Origin: Candidatus Gottesmanbacteria bacterium RIFCSPHIGHO2_02_FULL_39_14
GTDB taxonomy: Bacteria > Patescibacteriota > Microgenomatia > 2-02-FULL-39-11
DNA length: 45,829 nucleotides
Assembly: GCA_001779205.1 (NCBI GenBank)
Contig: MFJM01000062.1
Coordinates: forward strand, 1 to 45,829
Reading direction: 5' to 3'
Positions 25,219 through 37,206 of this stretch are shown piece after piece (the first letter of the stretch is position 1; every line of letters begins with the position of its first letter). The notes beneath the pieces were generated by a model. That model was not told where the DNA came from, made no database searches, and saw only the letters and a list, made by a program, of their open reading frames with translations. A program made the translations under genes and the position numbers.

Positions 25219-25812
25219 TTAATTCTGATAAATTTTCTTTAGGAAGTATTCATGAAATACAGTTGAGGTAAGTTCTGGATGGAAACACGAAGCCAAATAA
25301 TAACTGTTTCCTTTCTTTTGTTCACAGGCGATTATCTCACCCTCGTTTTCGGCAAGTATCTTTACATCTGTCCCGACACTTAATATTTTAGGAGCACGGA
25401 TAAATACCGCGTGAATCCTACCTAAACTTGTATCAATATCTTTTTCAAAAGAATTTATCTGCCTGCCATAAGCATTTCTGTCAATTTCTATATCCATCAA
25501 CTCCAGTGTCTTTTGATCAGGGATTTTATGAATTACACTCTTGGACAACATTATTGCTCCTGCACAGGTACCAAATATATTTTTGACTTTCCCCATATCT
25601 TCCCACATACCTTCACGTTGGCATAGCTTAAAAAGCGTAGTACTTTCACCACCAGGAATGATTAAGGCATCCAGATGGCGAATAATATTTTTTATGCGGA
25701 CAGGGATAACTTTAATATCTAATTGAAGATTTTTAGCGGCATGTTTTGAAGTTTCAATATGTTCTGATACATCGCCATGGAAAGCGAGAATTCCAACTTG
25801 TTTTGATTTCAT
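25219..25812 (-). CDS. pdxT: Pyridoxal 5'-phosphate synthase, glutaminase subunit PdxT
   Basis: 'VGILAFHGDVSEH', 'LIIPGGESTT', 'GTCAGAIML' (catalytic Cys), 'RNAYGRQ', 'FHPELT'. Confidence 0.93.
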   Translation of the reverse strand: MKSKQVGILAFHGDVSEHIETSKHAAKNLQLDIKVIPVRIKNIIRHLDALIIPGGESTTLFKLCQREGMWEDMGKVKNIFGTCAGAIMLSKSVIHKIPDQKTLELMDIEIDRNAYGRQINSFEKDIDTSLGRIHAVFIRAPKILSVGTDVKILAENEGEIIACEQKKGNSYYLASCFHPELTSTVFHEYFLKKIYQN

Positions 25813-25829
25813 AATGAATAATCAGGAAG

Positions 25830-26708
25830 TTAAATACCACGTAAAGCCATTTTTGTTTCCAGAGCAGAAATTTCTTGTCCTTTCATCGCCTCACCTAAAT
25901 CTTCACTGGCTTTAGCTATTTTGTCCGGTTCATAATAATGTGCAGTAGCGTCGACAATAGCTTTGGCTCTTTTTTCCGGATTACTGCTTTTAAAAATTCC
26001 CGAGCCTACAAATACTCCATCAACTCCCAATTGCATACATAAAGCTGCATCAGCTGGTGTAGCAATTCCTCCGGCGGCAAAATTTACAACTGGCAATCTG
26101 CCTAATTTGGCTGTTTTTATTAACAATTCATATGAAACTTTGTATTCTTTAGCTTTTTCTTTTAATTTTTTGATATTTTTTGACTTAATAAATTTCTTCA
26201 ATTCTTCAATACCGGAGTTCACTGCTCTTATATGCTTTACAGCTTCAACAATATTGCCGGTTCCAGCTTCACCTTTTGTCCTTATCATGGCTGCACCTTC
26301 ATCTATTCTGCGTAAAGCTTCTCCTAAATCACGACAACCACAGACAAAGGGCACTTTGAATTTTTTCTTGTCTATGTGAAATTGGGTATCTGCAGGAGTT
26401 AATACTTCGCTTTCATCAACAAAGTCAACCTCAAGAGTTTCTAATATTTGTGCTTCAACAAAATGCCCTATTCTACATTTAGCCATGACTGGTATCGTAA
26501 CTGCAGCTTGGATTTCTTTTATTTTAGTAGGATCCGACATTCTGACTACTCCACCGGTGGCCCGGATATCTGAAGGGACGCGTTCAAGAGCCATTACCGC
26601 TACCGCACCTGCTTTTTCGGCAATTATGGCGTGTTCAGCATTAACCACATCCATAATAACTCCACCTTTTAACATCTGGGCTAAATTTTTTCCAAGTCTA
26701 TTATTCAT
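25830..26708 (-). CDS. pdxS: Pyridoxal 5'-phosphate synthase, lyase subunit PdxS
   Basis: '[49 protein letters not shown]', '[16 protein letters not shown]', '[10 protein letters not shown]', '[11 protein letters not shown]', '[14 protein letters not shown]', '[10 protein letters not shown]'. Confidence 0.96.
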   Translation of the reverse strand: MNNRLGKNLAQMLKGGVIMDVVNAEHAIIAEKAGAVAVMALERVPSDIRATGGVVRMSDPTKIKEIQAAVTIPVMAKCRIGHFVEAQILETLEVDFVDESEVLTPADTQFHIDKKKFKVPFVCGCRDLGEALRRIDEGAAMIRTKGEAGTGNIVEAVKHIRAVNSGIEELKKFIKSKNIKKLKEKAKEYKVSYELLIKTAKLGRLPVVNFAAGGIATPADAALCMQLGVDGVFVGSGIFKSSNPEKRAKAIVDATAHYYEPDKIAKASEDLGEAMKGQEISALETKMALRGI

Positions 26709-26781
26709 GAATAATTAGTTAATCGTACTAAATATTATAGTACATGTGATCAAGAAGAAATTTAGTAAGGCAAGAATACAG

Positions 26782-28902
26782 CTATCCGCGGACGACTTGG
26801 GGGTTGGTGGCGCCGACTATTTTTTCGGTGATATTTTTGGGTACTTCTTCGTAATGGGACGGTTCCATGTAATAAGTGGCTCTTCCTTGGGAAAGTGATC
26901 TTAAGATGGTAGCATACCCGGATAGTTCTGCCAGGGGGACCAGACAATTGATGATGGAAACTTTGCCTCTTTTTTCGGTTCCCAATATTTGAGCGCGTTT
27001 GCTGGAAAGGTCCCCTATGACTTTTCCCATAAATTCATCCGGAGTGGTAACTTCAACCTTCATAATCGGTTCCAGCAGAATTAGACCTGCCTGTTTGACA
27101 GCATTCTGCAGAGCCATACTGCCGGCAATTTTAAAGGCAATGTCGGATGAGTCAACATCATGATAAGTTCCATCATAAAGGGTAACTGTAATATCAACCA
27201 GAGGGTATCCTGCCAGGACTCCTTTTTCCAAAGCTTCTTTAACTCCTTTTGCCACAGAAGGAATAAATTCATTGGGAATAGCTCCGCCTTTGATGGCGTC
27301 AACAAATTCATAACCTTCACCCCTGTTTTTAGGTTCAACTCTGACCAAACAATGGCCGTACTGACCACGGCCACCGGTTTGTCTGATGTATTTGCCTTCA
27401 CCTTCAGCTGCCGATTTAATTGTTTCCTTATAGGCAACTTGAGGTGCGCCGACATTGGCCATGACATTAAATTCTCGCTTCATTCGATCAACTAAGACGT
27501 CAAGATGCAGCTCTCCCATACCCCAAATGATTGTTTGGCCTGTCTCAAGGTTTGATTTGATGATAAAAGTCGGATCTTCTTCAGCCAATTTCTGAAGAGC
27601 AGTTCCCATTTTTTCCTGATCAACCTTGGTTTTGGGTTCAATTGCCAGAGAAATAACCGGTTCGGGGAAAGTAATTTTTTCCAGAAGTATAGGATGTTGC
27701 GGATCAGATAAAGTATCTCCGGTACCTGTTTCTTTAAGACCGACAACAGCGACTATTTCTCCGGCAAGAGCTTCTGGTATTTCTTCCCTCTGATTGGCAT
27801 GCATAAGAAGAAGACGACCGACTCTTTCCTGTTTGTCTTTGGTAGAATTCCAGGCATAAGAACCGGAGGTTAATTTGCCGGAATAAATTCTAATATAGGT
27901 TAATTTACCGACGTGAGGATCAAGCTGTATTTTAAAAGCCAAAGCTGAAAACGGTTGATTAGTTTCCGTTTTACGAACCTCTTCCTGATTGTTTTTGGGG
28001 TTGATACCTTTTATTGAAGCTACATCCAAGGGGGAGGGTAAATAATCCACTATAGCATTAAGAAGCGGCTGGACACCTTTATTTCTTAAAGACGAGCCGC
28101 TAAAAATAAGAACAAATTTATAGGCGATGGTAGCCTGACGTAGGGCTTTTTTTAATTCTTCTAGGGAAGGTTCCTTACCGTCAAGGTATTTTTCCAACAA
28201 TTTATCATCAGTTTCGCAAATCTGTTCGATTAATTGATGGCGATATTCTCCGACATCTTTAACCATATCAGCGGGAATTTCATCTTTGACATCAAACTTT
28301 GCTCCCATTTCCATTTCTCCCCAAACCAGACTTTTTTTGGTCAAAAGATCAACTACACCCTTAAATTCATGTTCTTTACCAATGGGAAGATTCATAACAG
28401 CGGGATTAGCACCCAGACGATCTCTGATCATGCCGACTGTGCGATGAAAATCTGCACCAAGCTTATCCATTTTATTGATGAAACAGATACGAGGAACTTT
28501 ATATTTATCAGCCTGATGCCAGACCGTTTCCGATTGTGACTGAACACCTTCTTCAGCGTCAAGAACTGTGACTCCGCCATCCAGGACTCTTAATGACCTT
28601 TCCACTTCGGCTGTAAAATCGACATGTCCTGGAGTATCAATAATATTAATTCTGACGTCCCGCCAAAAAGTTGTAGTGGCAGCAGAGGTGATGGTAATAC
28701 CTCTTTCTTTTTCCTGAGGCATCCAATCCATTTGGGTAGTTCCCTCATCTATATCGCCGATCTTATATGTTCTGCCTGTATAATAAAGTATTCTTTCAGT
28801 AGTGGTTGTTTTACCGGCATCAATGTGAGCGATAATGCCGATATTACGGATTTTATCAAGAGGAACATTTCGGTTTTTAGTAACGGTTAATAATCCTGCC
28901 AT
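26782..28902 (-). CDS. fusA: Elongation factor G
   Basis: '[23 protein letters not shown]', '[13 protein letters not shown]', '[10 protein letters not shown]', '[16 protein letters not shown]'. Confidence 0.97.
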   Translation of the reverse strand: MAGLLTVTKNRNVPLDKIRNIGIIAHIDAGKTTTTERILYYTGRTYKIGDIDEGTTQMDWMPQEKERGITITSAATTTFWRDVRINIIDTPGHVDFTAEVERSLRVLDGGVTVLDAEEGVQSQSETVWHQADKYKVPRICFINKMDKLGADFHRTVGMIRDRLGANPAVMNLPIGKEHEFKGVVDLLTKKSLVWGEMEMGAKFDVKDEIPADMVKDVGEYRHQLIEQICETDDKLLEKYLDGKEPSLEELKKALRQATIAYKFVLIFSGSSLRNKGVQPLLNAIVDYLPSPLDVASIKGINPKNNQEEVRKTETNQPFSALAFKIQLDPHVGKLTYIRIYSGKLTSGSYAWNSTKDKQERVGRLLLMHANQREEIPEALAGEIVAVVGLKETGTGDTLSDPQHPILLEKITFPEPVISLAIEPKTKVDQEKMGTALQKLAEEDPTFIIKSNLETGQTIIWGMGELHLDVLVDRMKREFNVMANVGAPQVAYKETIKSAAEGEGKYIRQTGGRGQYGHCLVRVEPKNRGEGYEFVDAIKGGAIPNEFIPSVAKGVKEALEKGVLAGYPLVDITVTLYDGTYHDVDSSDIAFKIAGSMALQNAVKQAGLILLEPIMKVEVTTPDEFMGKVIGDLSSKRAQILGTEKRGKVSIINCLVPLAELSGYATILRSLSQGRATYYMEPSHYEEVPKNITEKIVGATNPQVVRG

Positions 28903-28958
28903 AATTAAAAAAATAAACCAGGAACTATACCCAGTTTTTAAATTTTGATGAATAAATA

Positions 28959-29435
28959 TTACCAGCGAAAATGGGCGAAGGCCTTATTGGCTTCAGCCAT
29001 ACGATGCATTAAATCTCTTTTTCTGATAGCCTCACCGGCATTGTGATAAGCATCCAAAAGTTCTGCAGACAATTTATCGGCGAATGTATGATATTCTTTA
29101 TTAGATCTTTTGCGGGCGGCTTCTATTAACCATCTTATGGAAAGGGAAATTTTTCTTTCGCCGCGAACTTCGGTCGGCACCTGATAGGAGGCGCCACCTA
29201 CCCGACGGGATTTGACTTCCATTCTGGGACTTATGTTTAAGAGGGCAGCTTGAAAGATTTCCAAAGGATCTTTATTTTGTTTCTTGATAATTTCCATCGC
29301 TTTATACACTTCATGTTGGGCCACACTTTTTTTCCCATCGCGCATTACCCGATTGATAAATCTAGCTAAAAGCCTGTTATTATAAATCGGGTCTACCTCA
29401 ATAGAGTGTTTTTTTATTTTACCTGAACGGGACAT
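28959..29435 (-). CDS. rpsG: 30S ribosomal protein S7
   Basis: '[25 protein letters not shown]', '[17 protein letters not shown]', 'KAFAHFRW'. Start trimmed to ATG 29435. Confidence 0.95.
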   Translation of the reverse strand: MSRSGKIKKHSIEVDPIYNNRLLARFINRVMRDGKKSVAQHEVYKAMEIIKKQNKDPLEIFQAALLNISPRMEVKSRRVGGASYQVPTEVRGERKISLSIRWLIEAARKRSNKEYHTFADKLSAELLDAYHNAGEAIRKRDLMHRMAEANKAFAHFRW

Positions 29436-29439
29436 AGAT

Positions 29440-29904
29440 TTAAGCGACCGGAGCCACCGGGACAACCGGGGCAACCGAAGTAGCTATTCTTTCTACACCA
29501 CTTTTTTTGGTACCATATTTCGACCTGCCTTTTTGCCTATTCATGACCCCGGAGGTGTCAAATTTCCCCCTAACGATATGATATTTTACTCCCGGTAAAT
29601 CCTTGACTCTACCACTGCGAACTAAAACGATGGCATGTTCCGTTAACTCATGTCCAATACCGGGTATATAAGCTGTTATTTCCTGCTTATTAGATAGTCT
29701 GACTCTGGCCACTTTTCTTAAGGCGGAATTAGGTTTTTTGGGAGTCATGGTTTTAACCAAGGTAACTACTCCCCTTTTAAATGGGGCAGGGATTTGTTTC
29801 ATGCGTCTATCTTTGGCATTAAAATATTTTCTTAAGGCAGTTGCCTTGACTTTTTTGGCAATTCTTTTACGACCTTTTTTAATTAATTGATTGACCGTTG
29901 GCAT
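29440..29904 (-). CDS. rpsL: 30S ribosomal protein S12 (with about 17-aa C-terminal extension)
   Basis: '[12 protein letters not shown]', '[18 protein letters not shown]', '[35 protein letters not shown]'. The extra tail is '...[19 protein letters not shown]'. Confidence 0.95.
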   Translation of the reverse strand: MPTVNQLIKKGRKRIAKKVKATALRKYFNAKDRRMKQIPAPFKRGVVTLVKTMTPKKPNSALRKVARVRLSNKQEITAYIPGIGHELTEHAIVLVRSGRVKDLPGVKYHIVRGKFDTSGVMNRQKGRSKYGTKKSGVERIATSVAPVVPVAPVA

Positions 29905-29928
29905 AAAATTTATTTTAATTTAAATATT

Positions 29929-29958
29929 AAAAAAAACGGAAACGGATATGTCGTTCCC
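29929..29958 (-). terminator. Hairpin plus U8 between rpoC and rpsL (terminator or attenuator)
   Basis: The minus strand reads GGAACG-ACATATC-CGTTTCC (6 bp with one bulge) followed by G and TTTTTTTT (29929..29936). Confidence 0.5.
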
Positions 29959-29994
29959 TCTTATATACAAATTACAATAGCTTTTTTTTAAAAG

Positions 29995-32900
29995 CTAATT
30001 ATTATTAATTACTGCTCTATCTTTAGTAACTGGAATTAGTCTGCCGATTATAACATTTTCCTTTAAGCCCAGCAAACGATCTTCACGACCGGAAAGGGCA
30101 GCGTCGGTAAGAACACTAGTGGTTTCCTGGAAAGAAGCGCTGGACAACCAGGATTGAGTATAGAGTGAAGCCCGAGTGATACCTAAAATAACTACCTGGG
30201 CGGTGGCAGGTTCACCTCCTGAGGCAAGAATTCTGGCATTCTCTTCCTCGAAAGTCGATTTGTCAATCAGTTCGCCCTGCAGTAAATTAGTATCGCCCGA
30301 GGTTTCAATTCGGACTTTGTCACTCATTTTTCTGACGATGACTTCAAAGTGTTTATCGTGAATGGGTATTCCCTGGGATTCATAGACTTTCTGTATTTCT
30401 GACAGAAGGTAGCTTTGAGTTTCAAGTAAGCTTCTAATTTGTAAGACTTCTTTAATATCTAAAGGACCGGTGGTTAACGCTTCACCTGCTGAAATAAGAT
30501 CACCGGAAGTTACCCTCAATTCACTGGTTTTGGGAACAAAATAACTTTTTTCTTCAACCGGCTTGATACCCACGCTTTTAATAGTGATATCAAAACCGTC
30601 TTCTGACTCTTCAACTGTTACTTTTCCTGAAATTTCAGGAAGCGGTGAGGCGACTTTAGGGGTTCTGGCCTCAAATAATTCTTCAACACGCGGTAAACCT
30701 TGAGTGACGTCCAGGCCGACTATTCCTCCGGCATGCCTGACCCGCATAGTTAATTGTGTTCCCGGCTCACCAATAGATTGGGCGGCAATAATTCCAACCG
30801 GAGTGCCGATCTCGACAAATTTTTTGGTGGATAGATCCAAACCGTAACAATTAGCACAAAGACCGCTTTTTAATTCACAAGTTAAGGGAGAACGAACAGT
30901 TAGACTTTCAATATCTTTTAAAGAAGGGATTTTATCTTCGGTTAATAATTCTCCTTTTTTGAGAATGGCTTTTTTAGATTTAGGAAGAGTAACATCTTCT
31001 ACCAGAATCCTTCCCACAACACGAAGTTCCAATGAAGTTTGTCTTTTATCCGAACGGCTAATTTTATAACCTTTTTTAGTTGAACAATCATCGAGTCTAA
31101 TAATGGCATCATGAGCTACATCAATTAATCTCCTGGTTAAATAGCCGGCATCGGCGGTTTTTAAGGCAGAATCAGTCAATCCTTTTCTAGATCCACGGGT
31201 AGAAGTGACATATTCGAAAATGGATAAACCTTCCCGGTAATTGGATTTTGTAGGCAGTTCAACTATTTTTCCCAACGGATCAACGACTAATCCTTTGACG
31301 GCTGATAACTGTTTTAACTGATCTTTCGAGGCGCGAGCTCCTCCTGAGTTGATAATTATTTTCACAGGATTATCATTACTCATGGAAGCCCAGGTGGAAT
31401 CAGCTAACTTTTCAGTTACATCAATCCAAATTTCATTTTGCAATCTCTTTCTTTCTTCATTGGTTATTAACCCCTGTTGAAAATTCTGTTCGACTTGACT
31501 TACTTTTTCCTCTGCTTGACGAATCATTTTGTTTTTTTCAGGTATGATGATGTTATCAAAAAGAGACACGGAGACTCCTCCGGCAAGAGTGGCACCGAAA
31601 AAGCCGAAATCTTTAAATTTATCTATGATTGTGGCAACTTCTTCTTTAGAATATAGATCAAAAGCACGAGTTATCAAAGATTTTATGGTGGCTATTTTAA
31701 CACTATCATTAAAAAATCTTAATTCGGAAGGTAATATTTCATTGAATAAGACGCGGCCAGCGGATGTTTTTATCAATTTATTATTTATAAGAACTTTAAT
31801 TACTTGTCTTAATATGATTTTTCTAGTTTGATAAGCTACAATTGCTTCTTTTTCGTTAGAAAAAGCCGGCAATTTATCATCTGGGATAGATTCCGCTATA
31901 TCAGGCAGACTGGTTAAATAATAACAACCTAGGGCCATTTCTTTATTAGGAATGGTTATGGGAGTGCCATCGGCTGGCTTGAGTAAATTATTCGAAGGCA
32001 ACATTAAATCTTTAGCTTCAGTTTGGGAAAATTGTGATAAAGGTACATGAACAGCCATTTGGTCTCCATCAAAGTCAGCATTATATCCGGCGCAAACGCA
32101 GGGATGAATACGAATAGCTGAGCCTTCGATCAAGATAGGATAAAAAGCTTGGATACCTAATTTATGCAGTGTCGGGGCACGATTTAAGAGTATGGGGTGA
32201 TTCTTGGTAATTTCTTCCAAGATATCAAAAACTTGAGCTTCCCTACCTTCGAGAATATTTTTAGCACTTTTTACATTGGGGGCTAAACCTCTCATAATTA
32301 ATTCCCTTAAGACGAACGGTTTGAAAAGTTCCAAGGCCATTTCTTTGGGAAGTCCACACTGGGTTAGTTTTAATTCCGGTCCAACAACAATGACTGAACG
32401 ACCTGAATAATCCACCCTTTTCCCTAATAAATTTTGCCTGAACCGGCCTTGTTTTCCTCTGAGCATATCGGACAATGATCGCAATACCTGTCCACCGGCT
32501 GTTCTGCCACTAGGCCGTTGACTGGCATCAATTAGGGAATCGACCGCCTCCTGGAGCATTCTTTTTTCGTTACGCAAGATTATTTCCGGGGCACCTAACT
32601 CAATTAAATGTTTAAGCCGATTATTACGATTAATTACCCGACGGTAAAGATCATTGAGATCGCTTGTTGCAAATTTTCCTCCGGTTAACTGAACCATAGG
32701 CCGCAAATCGGGAGGTATTACCGGCAGTATGGAAATTACCATCCATGACGGATCAATTTCTGCTTTCTTGAGGCTTTCAATTACCCGTAATCTTTTAGTG
32801 GCTTTAATTTTCCTCTGACCGGCGGACTCTTGGGCTTCTTTTCTTAAATCTATAATGACCTTATTTAAATTCATTATTTTCATAATATCTAAAATACACT

Positions 32901-33720
32901 CTGCGCCCATGCCTATTTTAAAGAAAGATGACATGTTATATTCTCTTAGTTTTAAGTATTCATCTTCGGAGATAACCGTCAAAGGTTTTAGCCTATTAAC
33001 CAGTTCAGATATAGTTGAATAAATTTCCTTAGCAGTTGATTCTTCAGAAGCAAATTCTTCTGAATGAATTGTCAGTTGTTGTTTTTTCCGAAATTCCAGT
33101 TCCTGAACCGTTAAATCCCTGGTTTCTTTATTTTTAATTTTTTTCATCATATCTTTCTTTTGATTGGCGTATTGTTTTTCAACTTCCGTGACCTTATTTT
33201 GATAAATGTTAAGCCTTTCTTCTTTCCTTTTTTCAAAATAAACCTTTAGATGATCTTGAGCTTTTTTATAACCAGTTTTATCAATATCTGTGACCAGATA
33301 CGAAGCAAAATAGATAATATTTTCCAAGGCTTTTGGAGTAATATCCATGATTAGTGAAAGTTTGGAAGGTGAACCTTTGAAAAACCAAACGTGGGCAACC
33401 GGAGCGCTCAACTTGATATGGCCCATCCTTTCACGCCTGACTTTACTTTGAGTTACTTCAACACCACATTTATCACAAACTATGCCACGATAACGGATTC
33501 TTTTATATTTACCGCAATAACATTCCCAGTCTTTAGTCGGGCCAAAAATTCTTTCATCAAATAAGCCATCTTTTTCGGGTTTGAGTGTACGGTAATTAAT
33601 AGTTTCCGGTTTGGTTACTTCACCATATGACCAGGTTAAAATATCATGGGGGGAGGCCAGTTTTATCTGTAATCCTTCGAAATCAACGATATTACCGAAA
33701 TTACCTTTTTTATCCATCAT
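29995..33720 (-). CDS. rpoC: DNA-directed RNA polymerase subunit beta'
   Basis: 1241 aa. Zinc motif '[23 protein letters not shown]', catalytic '[12 protein letters not shown]', '[16 protein letters not shown]'. Confidence 0.97.
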   Translation of the reverse strand: MMDKKGNFGNIVDFEGLQIKLASPHDILTWSYGEVTKPETINYRTLKPEKDGLFDERIFGPTKDWECYCGKYKRIRYRGIVCDKCGVEVTQSKVRRERMGHIKLSAPVAHVWFFKGSPSKLSLIMDITPKALENIIYFASYLVTDIDKTGYKKAQDHLKVYFEKRKEERLNIYQNKVTEVEKQYANQKKDMMKKIKNKETRDLTVQELEFRKKQQLTIHSEEFASEESTAKEIYSTISELVNRLKPLTVISEDEYLKLREYNMSSFFKIGMGAECILDIMKIMNLNKVIIDLRKEAQESAGQRKIKATKRLRVIESLKKAEIDPSWMVISILPVIPPDLRPMVQLTGGKFATSDLNDLYRRVINRNNRLKHLIELGAPEIILRNEKRMLQEAVDSLIDASQRPSGRTAGGQVLRSLSDMLRGKQGRFRQNLLGKRVDYSGRSVIVVGPELKLTQCGLPKEMALELFKPFVLRELIMRGLAPNVKSAKNILEGREAQVFDILEEITKNHPILLNRAPTLHKLGIQAFYPILIEGSAIRIHPCVCAGYNADFDGDQMAVHVPLSQFSQTEAKDLMLPSNNLLKPADGTPITIPNKEMALGCYYLTSLPDIAESIPDDKLPAFSNEKEAIVAYQTRKIILRQVIKVLINNKLIKTSAGRVLFNEILPSELRFFNDSVKIATIKSLITRAFDLYSKEEVATIIDKFKDFGFFGATLAGGVSVSLFDNIIIPEKNKMIRQAEEKVSQVEQNFQQGLITNEERKRLQNEIWIDVTEKLADSTWASMSNDNPVKIIINSGGARASKDQLKQLSAVKGLVVDPLGKIVELPTKSNYREGLSIFEYVTSTRGSRKGLTDSALKTADAGYLTRRLIDVAHDAIIRLDDCSTKKGYKISRSDKRQTSLELRVVGRILVEDVTLPKSKKAILKKGELLTEDKIPSLKDIESLTVRSPLTCELKSGLCANCYGLDLSTKKFVEIGTPVGIIAAQSIGEPGTQLTMRVRHAGGIVGLDVTQGLPRVEELFEARTPKVASPLPEISGKVTVEESEDGFDITIKSVGIKPVEEKSYFVPKTSELRVTSGDLISAGEALTTGPLDIKEVLQIRSLLETQSYLLSEIQKVYESQGIPIHDKHFEVIVRKMSDKVRIETSGDTNLLQGELIDKSTFEEENARILASGGEPATAQVVILGITRASLYTQSWLSSASFQETTSVLTDAALSGREDRLLGLKENVIIGRLIPVTKDRAVINNN

Positions 33721-33736
33721 TTTTCCTTCTTATTAA

Positions 33737-36700
33737 TTAATCAGGATTGGAATTTTCCTGTTTGATAGACTTTTCTTCTACCAGTTCCTCGCCTGATTCT
33801 TTGGCTAATTCTTGTGCTTGAACTTCTATTTTTTCTTCATCTTCGCTAATTGGAGGAGTTTTTTTAGCAAAAGTCACAGTACCCGTGGGTGCAACATTTA
33901 AACAAAGTGCTTGCAATTCTTTAACCAAAACTTTGAAAGACTCAGGAATAGTCGAGGCAGGTATATCGGTCCCTTTGACTATGGCTTCAAAAGCCCGGGC
34001 ACGACCAACAACATCATCTGATTTAATAGTTAACATTTCTTGAAGAGTATGAGCTGCCCGATGAGCTTCCAACGCCCAAACTTCCATCTCACCCAACCGT
34101 TGTCCACCCATTTGGGCTTTTCCTCCCAACGGTTGCTGAGTGACCAAAGAGTACGGGCCGGTTGAACGGGCATGTGTTTTATCTTCAACCATGTGGATCA
34201 ATTTCATAATATATCCGACACCCACAACTACAAGTTCCTGATATGGTTCTCCAGATCGACCATCAAAAAGCATTGTTTTACCTTCTACCGGAAGATGGTA
34301 TTTTTTCAATTCTTCGACTATTTTTTCTTCTCTTATCGGTTCAAAAACCGGTATAGCAAGTTTATATTGACCTTTTTGAGCAGCCCAGCCAAGATGAGCT
34401 TCCAAAAGTTGACCTAAATTCATCCGGCTTAAAACTGATAATGGAGAAATAATTATATCCACAGGGGTGCCATCAGAAAGATACGGCATATCAGATTGTG
34501 GAACTATTTTACTAATAACCCCTTTATTACCATGCCGGCCTGCTAATTTATCTCCTACTACGACTTTTCGTACTTGGGCTACTTTAACGATGATTTTTTT
34601 AATTGTTCCAGGGTGAAGTTCATCACCTTTTTCCCGATCCAGAATTTTAACATCGATAACTACACCCTTTTCACCGTGGGGCATTCTTAATGAGGTATCC
34701 CTAACTTCGCGGGCTTTTTCACCGAAGATGGCTCTTAATAATCTTTCTTCGGCAGTTAATTCAGTTTCACCTTTAGGAGCGATTTTACCTACGAGAATAT
34801 CGTTTGGACCTACCTCAGCGCCAATAATAACAATACCCTTTTCATCAAGATTAGCTAAAGCTTCTTCACCAACATTGGGAATATCGCGGGTAGTTTCTTC
34901 TGGGCCTAGCTTGGTATCAACAACTTCCGTTTCATATTCTTCAATAGTAATCGAGGTAAAAATGTCCTCCTTAACTAATCTATCGGAAATAACAATAGCA
35001 TCTTCATAACCCATCCCATCATAAGAGGCGTAAGCAATAATCAGGTTCTGTCCTAAGGCAAGTTCACCATTTTCACAGGCTGGACCGTCAATTATAGCTT
35101 GATTCTTTCCAACCCGATCACCAAGAGAAACTAACGGATTTTGAGAAAAACAAGTATTTTGACTTGTTCGCTTAAATTTTTCAATAGGAAAGGTATATAA
35201 TTTGCCACTATTGCCTTTTATCGTCAGTTTAACGGCATCAACATAGTTAACTTTGCCATCTTCAGGAGATCTGACTACTCTTCGTAAAGCTTGAGAGATG
35301 ATTTCCTCCATTCCCGTTCCGACGACCGGTGAACTTGGTTTTACCAATGGTACTGCCTGACATTGCATGTGCGTACCCATAAGAGCACGATTGGCTTCGT
35401 CATGAGCAATGAAAGGAATAAGAGAAGCGGCTGTTCCAACTACCTGTCTGGGAACAACATCAATATAACGAACATTCCTGGTATCTGTCTCTAAAAAATC
35501 GCCCCTAAATCTTGCCGGGACTCGTTCGGAAGTAATATATCCTTTATCATCAATCTCCACACCGGAATGAGTGATATAATAATCCTGTTCATCATCTGCA
35601 GCCAGATAAACAATTTTTTCTAAAATTTTCGGTTTTTTTACTTTTTCATCAAAGACTACTTCACGATAAGGAGCTTCGATAAAACCATAGTCGTTAATTT
35701 GAGCATATAATGCCATATAGGTAACTAAACCGATATTAGGTCCTTCAGGACTTCTAACCGGACAAATACGAGAATATTGGGAAGAATTGATATCCCGAAT
35801 TGAAAAGGAAGCACGTTCCCGTGAAATTCCGCCCACACCCATTACAGTTAATCTTCTTAAGTTGTCGACTTCTGACAAAGGATTTGTTTGATCTAGAATG
35901 GTTGATAACTGGCTGGTGCGGAAAAAATCATTGATGGTAGCTATTATCGGTCGGGCATTGACGATTTGACTTGGAGTGATATCCATTTGGGTTTGGGCTA
36001 AGCTCATTCTCTCCTTGATTGATCTTTCCAATCTCATTAACCCTATTTTGAAGGCATTATTGGCCACTAATTCACCTACCCGTCTTATGCGCCGATTGCC
36101 TAAATGGTCAATATCATCTATTATTCCTTTTCCTTTAGATAAATTGATCAAATAGCGTAGAATGCCAACAATATCTTCCAGAGTTAAAATCCAATTATTA
36201 GGAATATTTTCGATGTTCAATTTCAATTTTTTATTAATTTTATAGCGCCCCACAGAGCCTAAGTTATAACGACGGATATTAAAAAATAAATTACGGAATA
36301 ATTCCTGGGCATTATCAAGTACTGTCGGTTCTCCTGGCCGCATTTTACGATAAATTTCTATAGCCGCTTCTTCCTGTGTTTTTGAAGGATCCTTTAATAA
36401 TGTATTGCCTATAATATTATTTTCTTTATCAATATCCCTAAATAATTTGATAATTTCTTCGTCGGAAGAAATCCCCATGGCTCTCAAAAGGGTTGTAGCT
36501 GCGTATTTTCTTCTCCTATCTATACGAACAAGAAGAACATCGTTTCTGGAAATAGAAAAATCAAGCCAGGAGCCGAATAAAGGTCTTACCTCGGCAAAGT
36601 AAAGCATTTTACCAGTAGTAGGATCAGTATCGCTGGTAAAATAAACTCCCGGAGAGCGAACTATTTGATTAACAATACATCTTTCTACGCCATTTATGAT

Positions 36701-37081
36701 GAAAGTGCCGTTTTCAGTCATAGTGGGAATATCCCCTAAGAAGACATCTTGGCGTACTTCTTTGCCCGTCTGTTTATTGAGAAGGGTAGTTTCCGCTTTT
36801 AAAGGAGAATCAAAAGTTAAGCCCTTTTCCAGGCATTCATTAGGAGTGTAACGAGGCTTATCAAAATAATGTTTGCTAAAGATAAGACTCCAATTCTTTC
36901 CGGTAAAATCCTCGACTGGAGTAATTTCCTTAAGTAATTCCGCTATACCATTATTAATAAACCACTGGTATGATTCTGTCTGAACTTTGGTCAGATTTAA
37001 TTGTGGCAAAATATTTACCTTTTTACCCCAATACTGTCTATTAAGTTGATTTTTTTGGGATTCTGATTTTTGTTTTCGCAT
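33737..37081 (-). CDS. rpoB: DNA-directed RNA polymerase subunit beta
   Basis: 'QLSQ-like TSQLSTILDQTNPLSEV', 'GRHGNKGVISKI', 'MNLGQLLE', 'GGQRLGEMEVWALEA'. Start set at ATG 37081; the track start 37141 is a TTG whose extra 20 codons encode the leader hairpin. Confidence 0.95.
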   Translation of the reverse strand: MRKQKSESQKNQLNRQYWGKKVNILPQLNLTKVQTESYQWFINNGIAELLKEITPVEDFTGKNWSLIFSKHYFDKPRYTPNECLEKGLTFDSPLKAETTLLNKQTGKEVRQDVFLGDIPTMTENGTFIINGVERCIVNQIVRSPGVYFTSDTDPTTGKMLYFAEVRPLFGSWLDFSISRNDVLLVRIDRRRKYAATTLLRAMGISSDEEIIKLFRDIDKENNIIGNTLLKDPSKTQEEAAIEIYRKMRPGEPTVLDNAQELFRNLFFNIRRYNLGSVGRYKINKKLKLNIENIPNNWILTLEDIVGILRYLINLSKGKGIIDDIDHLGNRRIRRVGELVANNAFKIGLMRLERSIKERMSLAQTQMDITPSQIVNARPIIATINDFFRTSQLSTILDQTNPLSEVDNLRRLTVMGVGGISRERASFSIRDINSSQYSRICPVRSPEGPNIGLVTYMALYAQINDYGFIEAPYREVVFDEKVKKPKILEKIVYLAADDEQDYYITHSGVEIDDKGYITSERVPARFRGDFLETDTRNVRYIDVVPRQVVGTAASLIPFIAHDEANRALMGTHMQCQAVPLVKPSSPVVGTGMEEIISQALRRVVRSPEDGKVNYVDAVKLTIKGNSGKLYTFPIEKFKRTSQNTCFSQNPLVSLGDRVGKNQAIIDGPACENGELALGQNLIIAYASYDGMGYEDAIVISDRLVKEDIFTSITIEEYETEVVDTKLGPEETTRDIPNVGEEALANLDEKGIVIIGAEVGPNDILVGKIAPKGETELTAEERLLRAIFGEKAREVRDTSLRMPHGEKGVVIDVKILDREKGDELHPGTIKKIIVKVAQVRKVVVGDKLAGRHGNKGVISKIVPQSDMPYLSDGTPVDIIISPLSVLSRMNLGQLLEAHLGWAAQKGQYKLAIPVFEPIREEKIVEELKKYHLPVEGKTMLFDGRSGEPYQELVVVGVGYIMKLIHMVEDKTHARSTGPYSLVTQQPLGGKAQMGGQRLGEMEVWALEAHRAAHTLQEMLTIKSDDVVGRARAFEAIVKGTDIPASTIPESFKVLVKELQALCLNVAPTGTVTFAKKTPPISEDEEKIEVQAQELAKESGEELVEEKSIKQENSNPD

Positions 37082-37095
37082 CTGAAAGGGAGAAA

Positions 37096-37135
37096 GTAAA
37101 AACAACAAAATAAGCGTACACTGACAGACGTACGC
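37096..37135 (-). promoter_or_regulatory. Leader hairpin plus U-rich tract upstream of rpoB (attenuator-like)
   Basis: The minus strand reads GCGTAC-(10 nt)-GTACGC (37114..37135), followed by TTATTTTGTTGTTTTTAC. It ends 14 nt before the rpoB ATG. Confidence 0.4.
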
Positions 37136-37161
37136 CTTCAATCCTTAATGAAATTAATTTA

Positions 37162-37189
37162 ATTTTATCATGCTATTAACGAAAGTCAA
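37162..37189 (-). promoter_or_regulatory. Sigma70-like promoter (extended -10) for rpoB-rpoC
   Basis: The minus strand reads TTGACT (37184..37189), a 16-nt spacer ending TGA, then TAAAAT (37162..37167). Confidence 0.5.
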
Positions 37190-37206
37190 GAGGGTGAAGG
37201 GGAATG

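Noticed and set aside
26709-26781. Possible internal promoter for pdxS (TATAAT on the minus strand at 26735..26740)
   Set aside because: There is no acceptable -35 and no TG extension at the right spacing. AT-rich spacers produce TATAAT by chance. It is mentioned only in the pdxST finding.
24127-28890. Multiple 60-140-aa ORFs inside or antisense to tuf, pdxT, pdxS and fusA (for example 24321..24665, 25963..26379, 27081..27467, 28234..28539)
   Set aside because: All lie wholly within strongly supported conserved genes, in other frames or on the other strand, and have no motifs. They are shadow ORFs.
30176-36602. Short plus-strand ORFs inside rpoC and rpoB (30176..30361, 31529..31831, 34172..34417, 34728..35009, 36405..36602)
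   Set aside because: They are antisense shadow ORFs within rpoB and rpoC, with no independent signals.
37082-37141. 20-codon N-terminal extension of rpoB starting at TTG 37141
   Set aside because: The start codon is TTG with AGGA directly abutting it, so there is no spacing. The extension peptide 'KAYVCQCTLILLFLLSPFQ' is the translation of a hairpin plus a U-run. The RpoB homology begins after the ATG at 37081.
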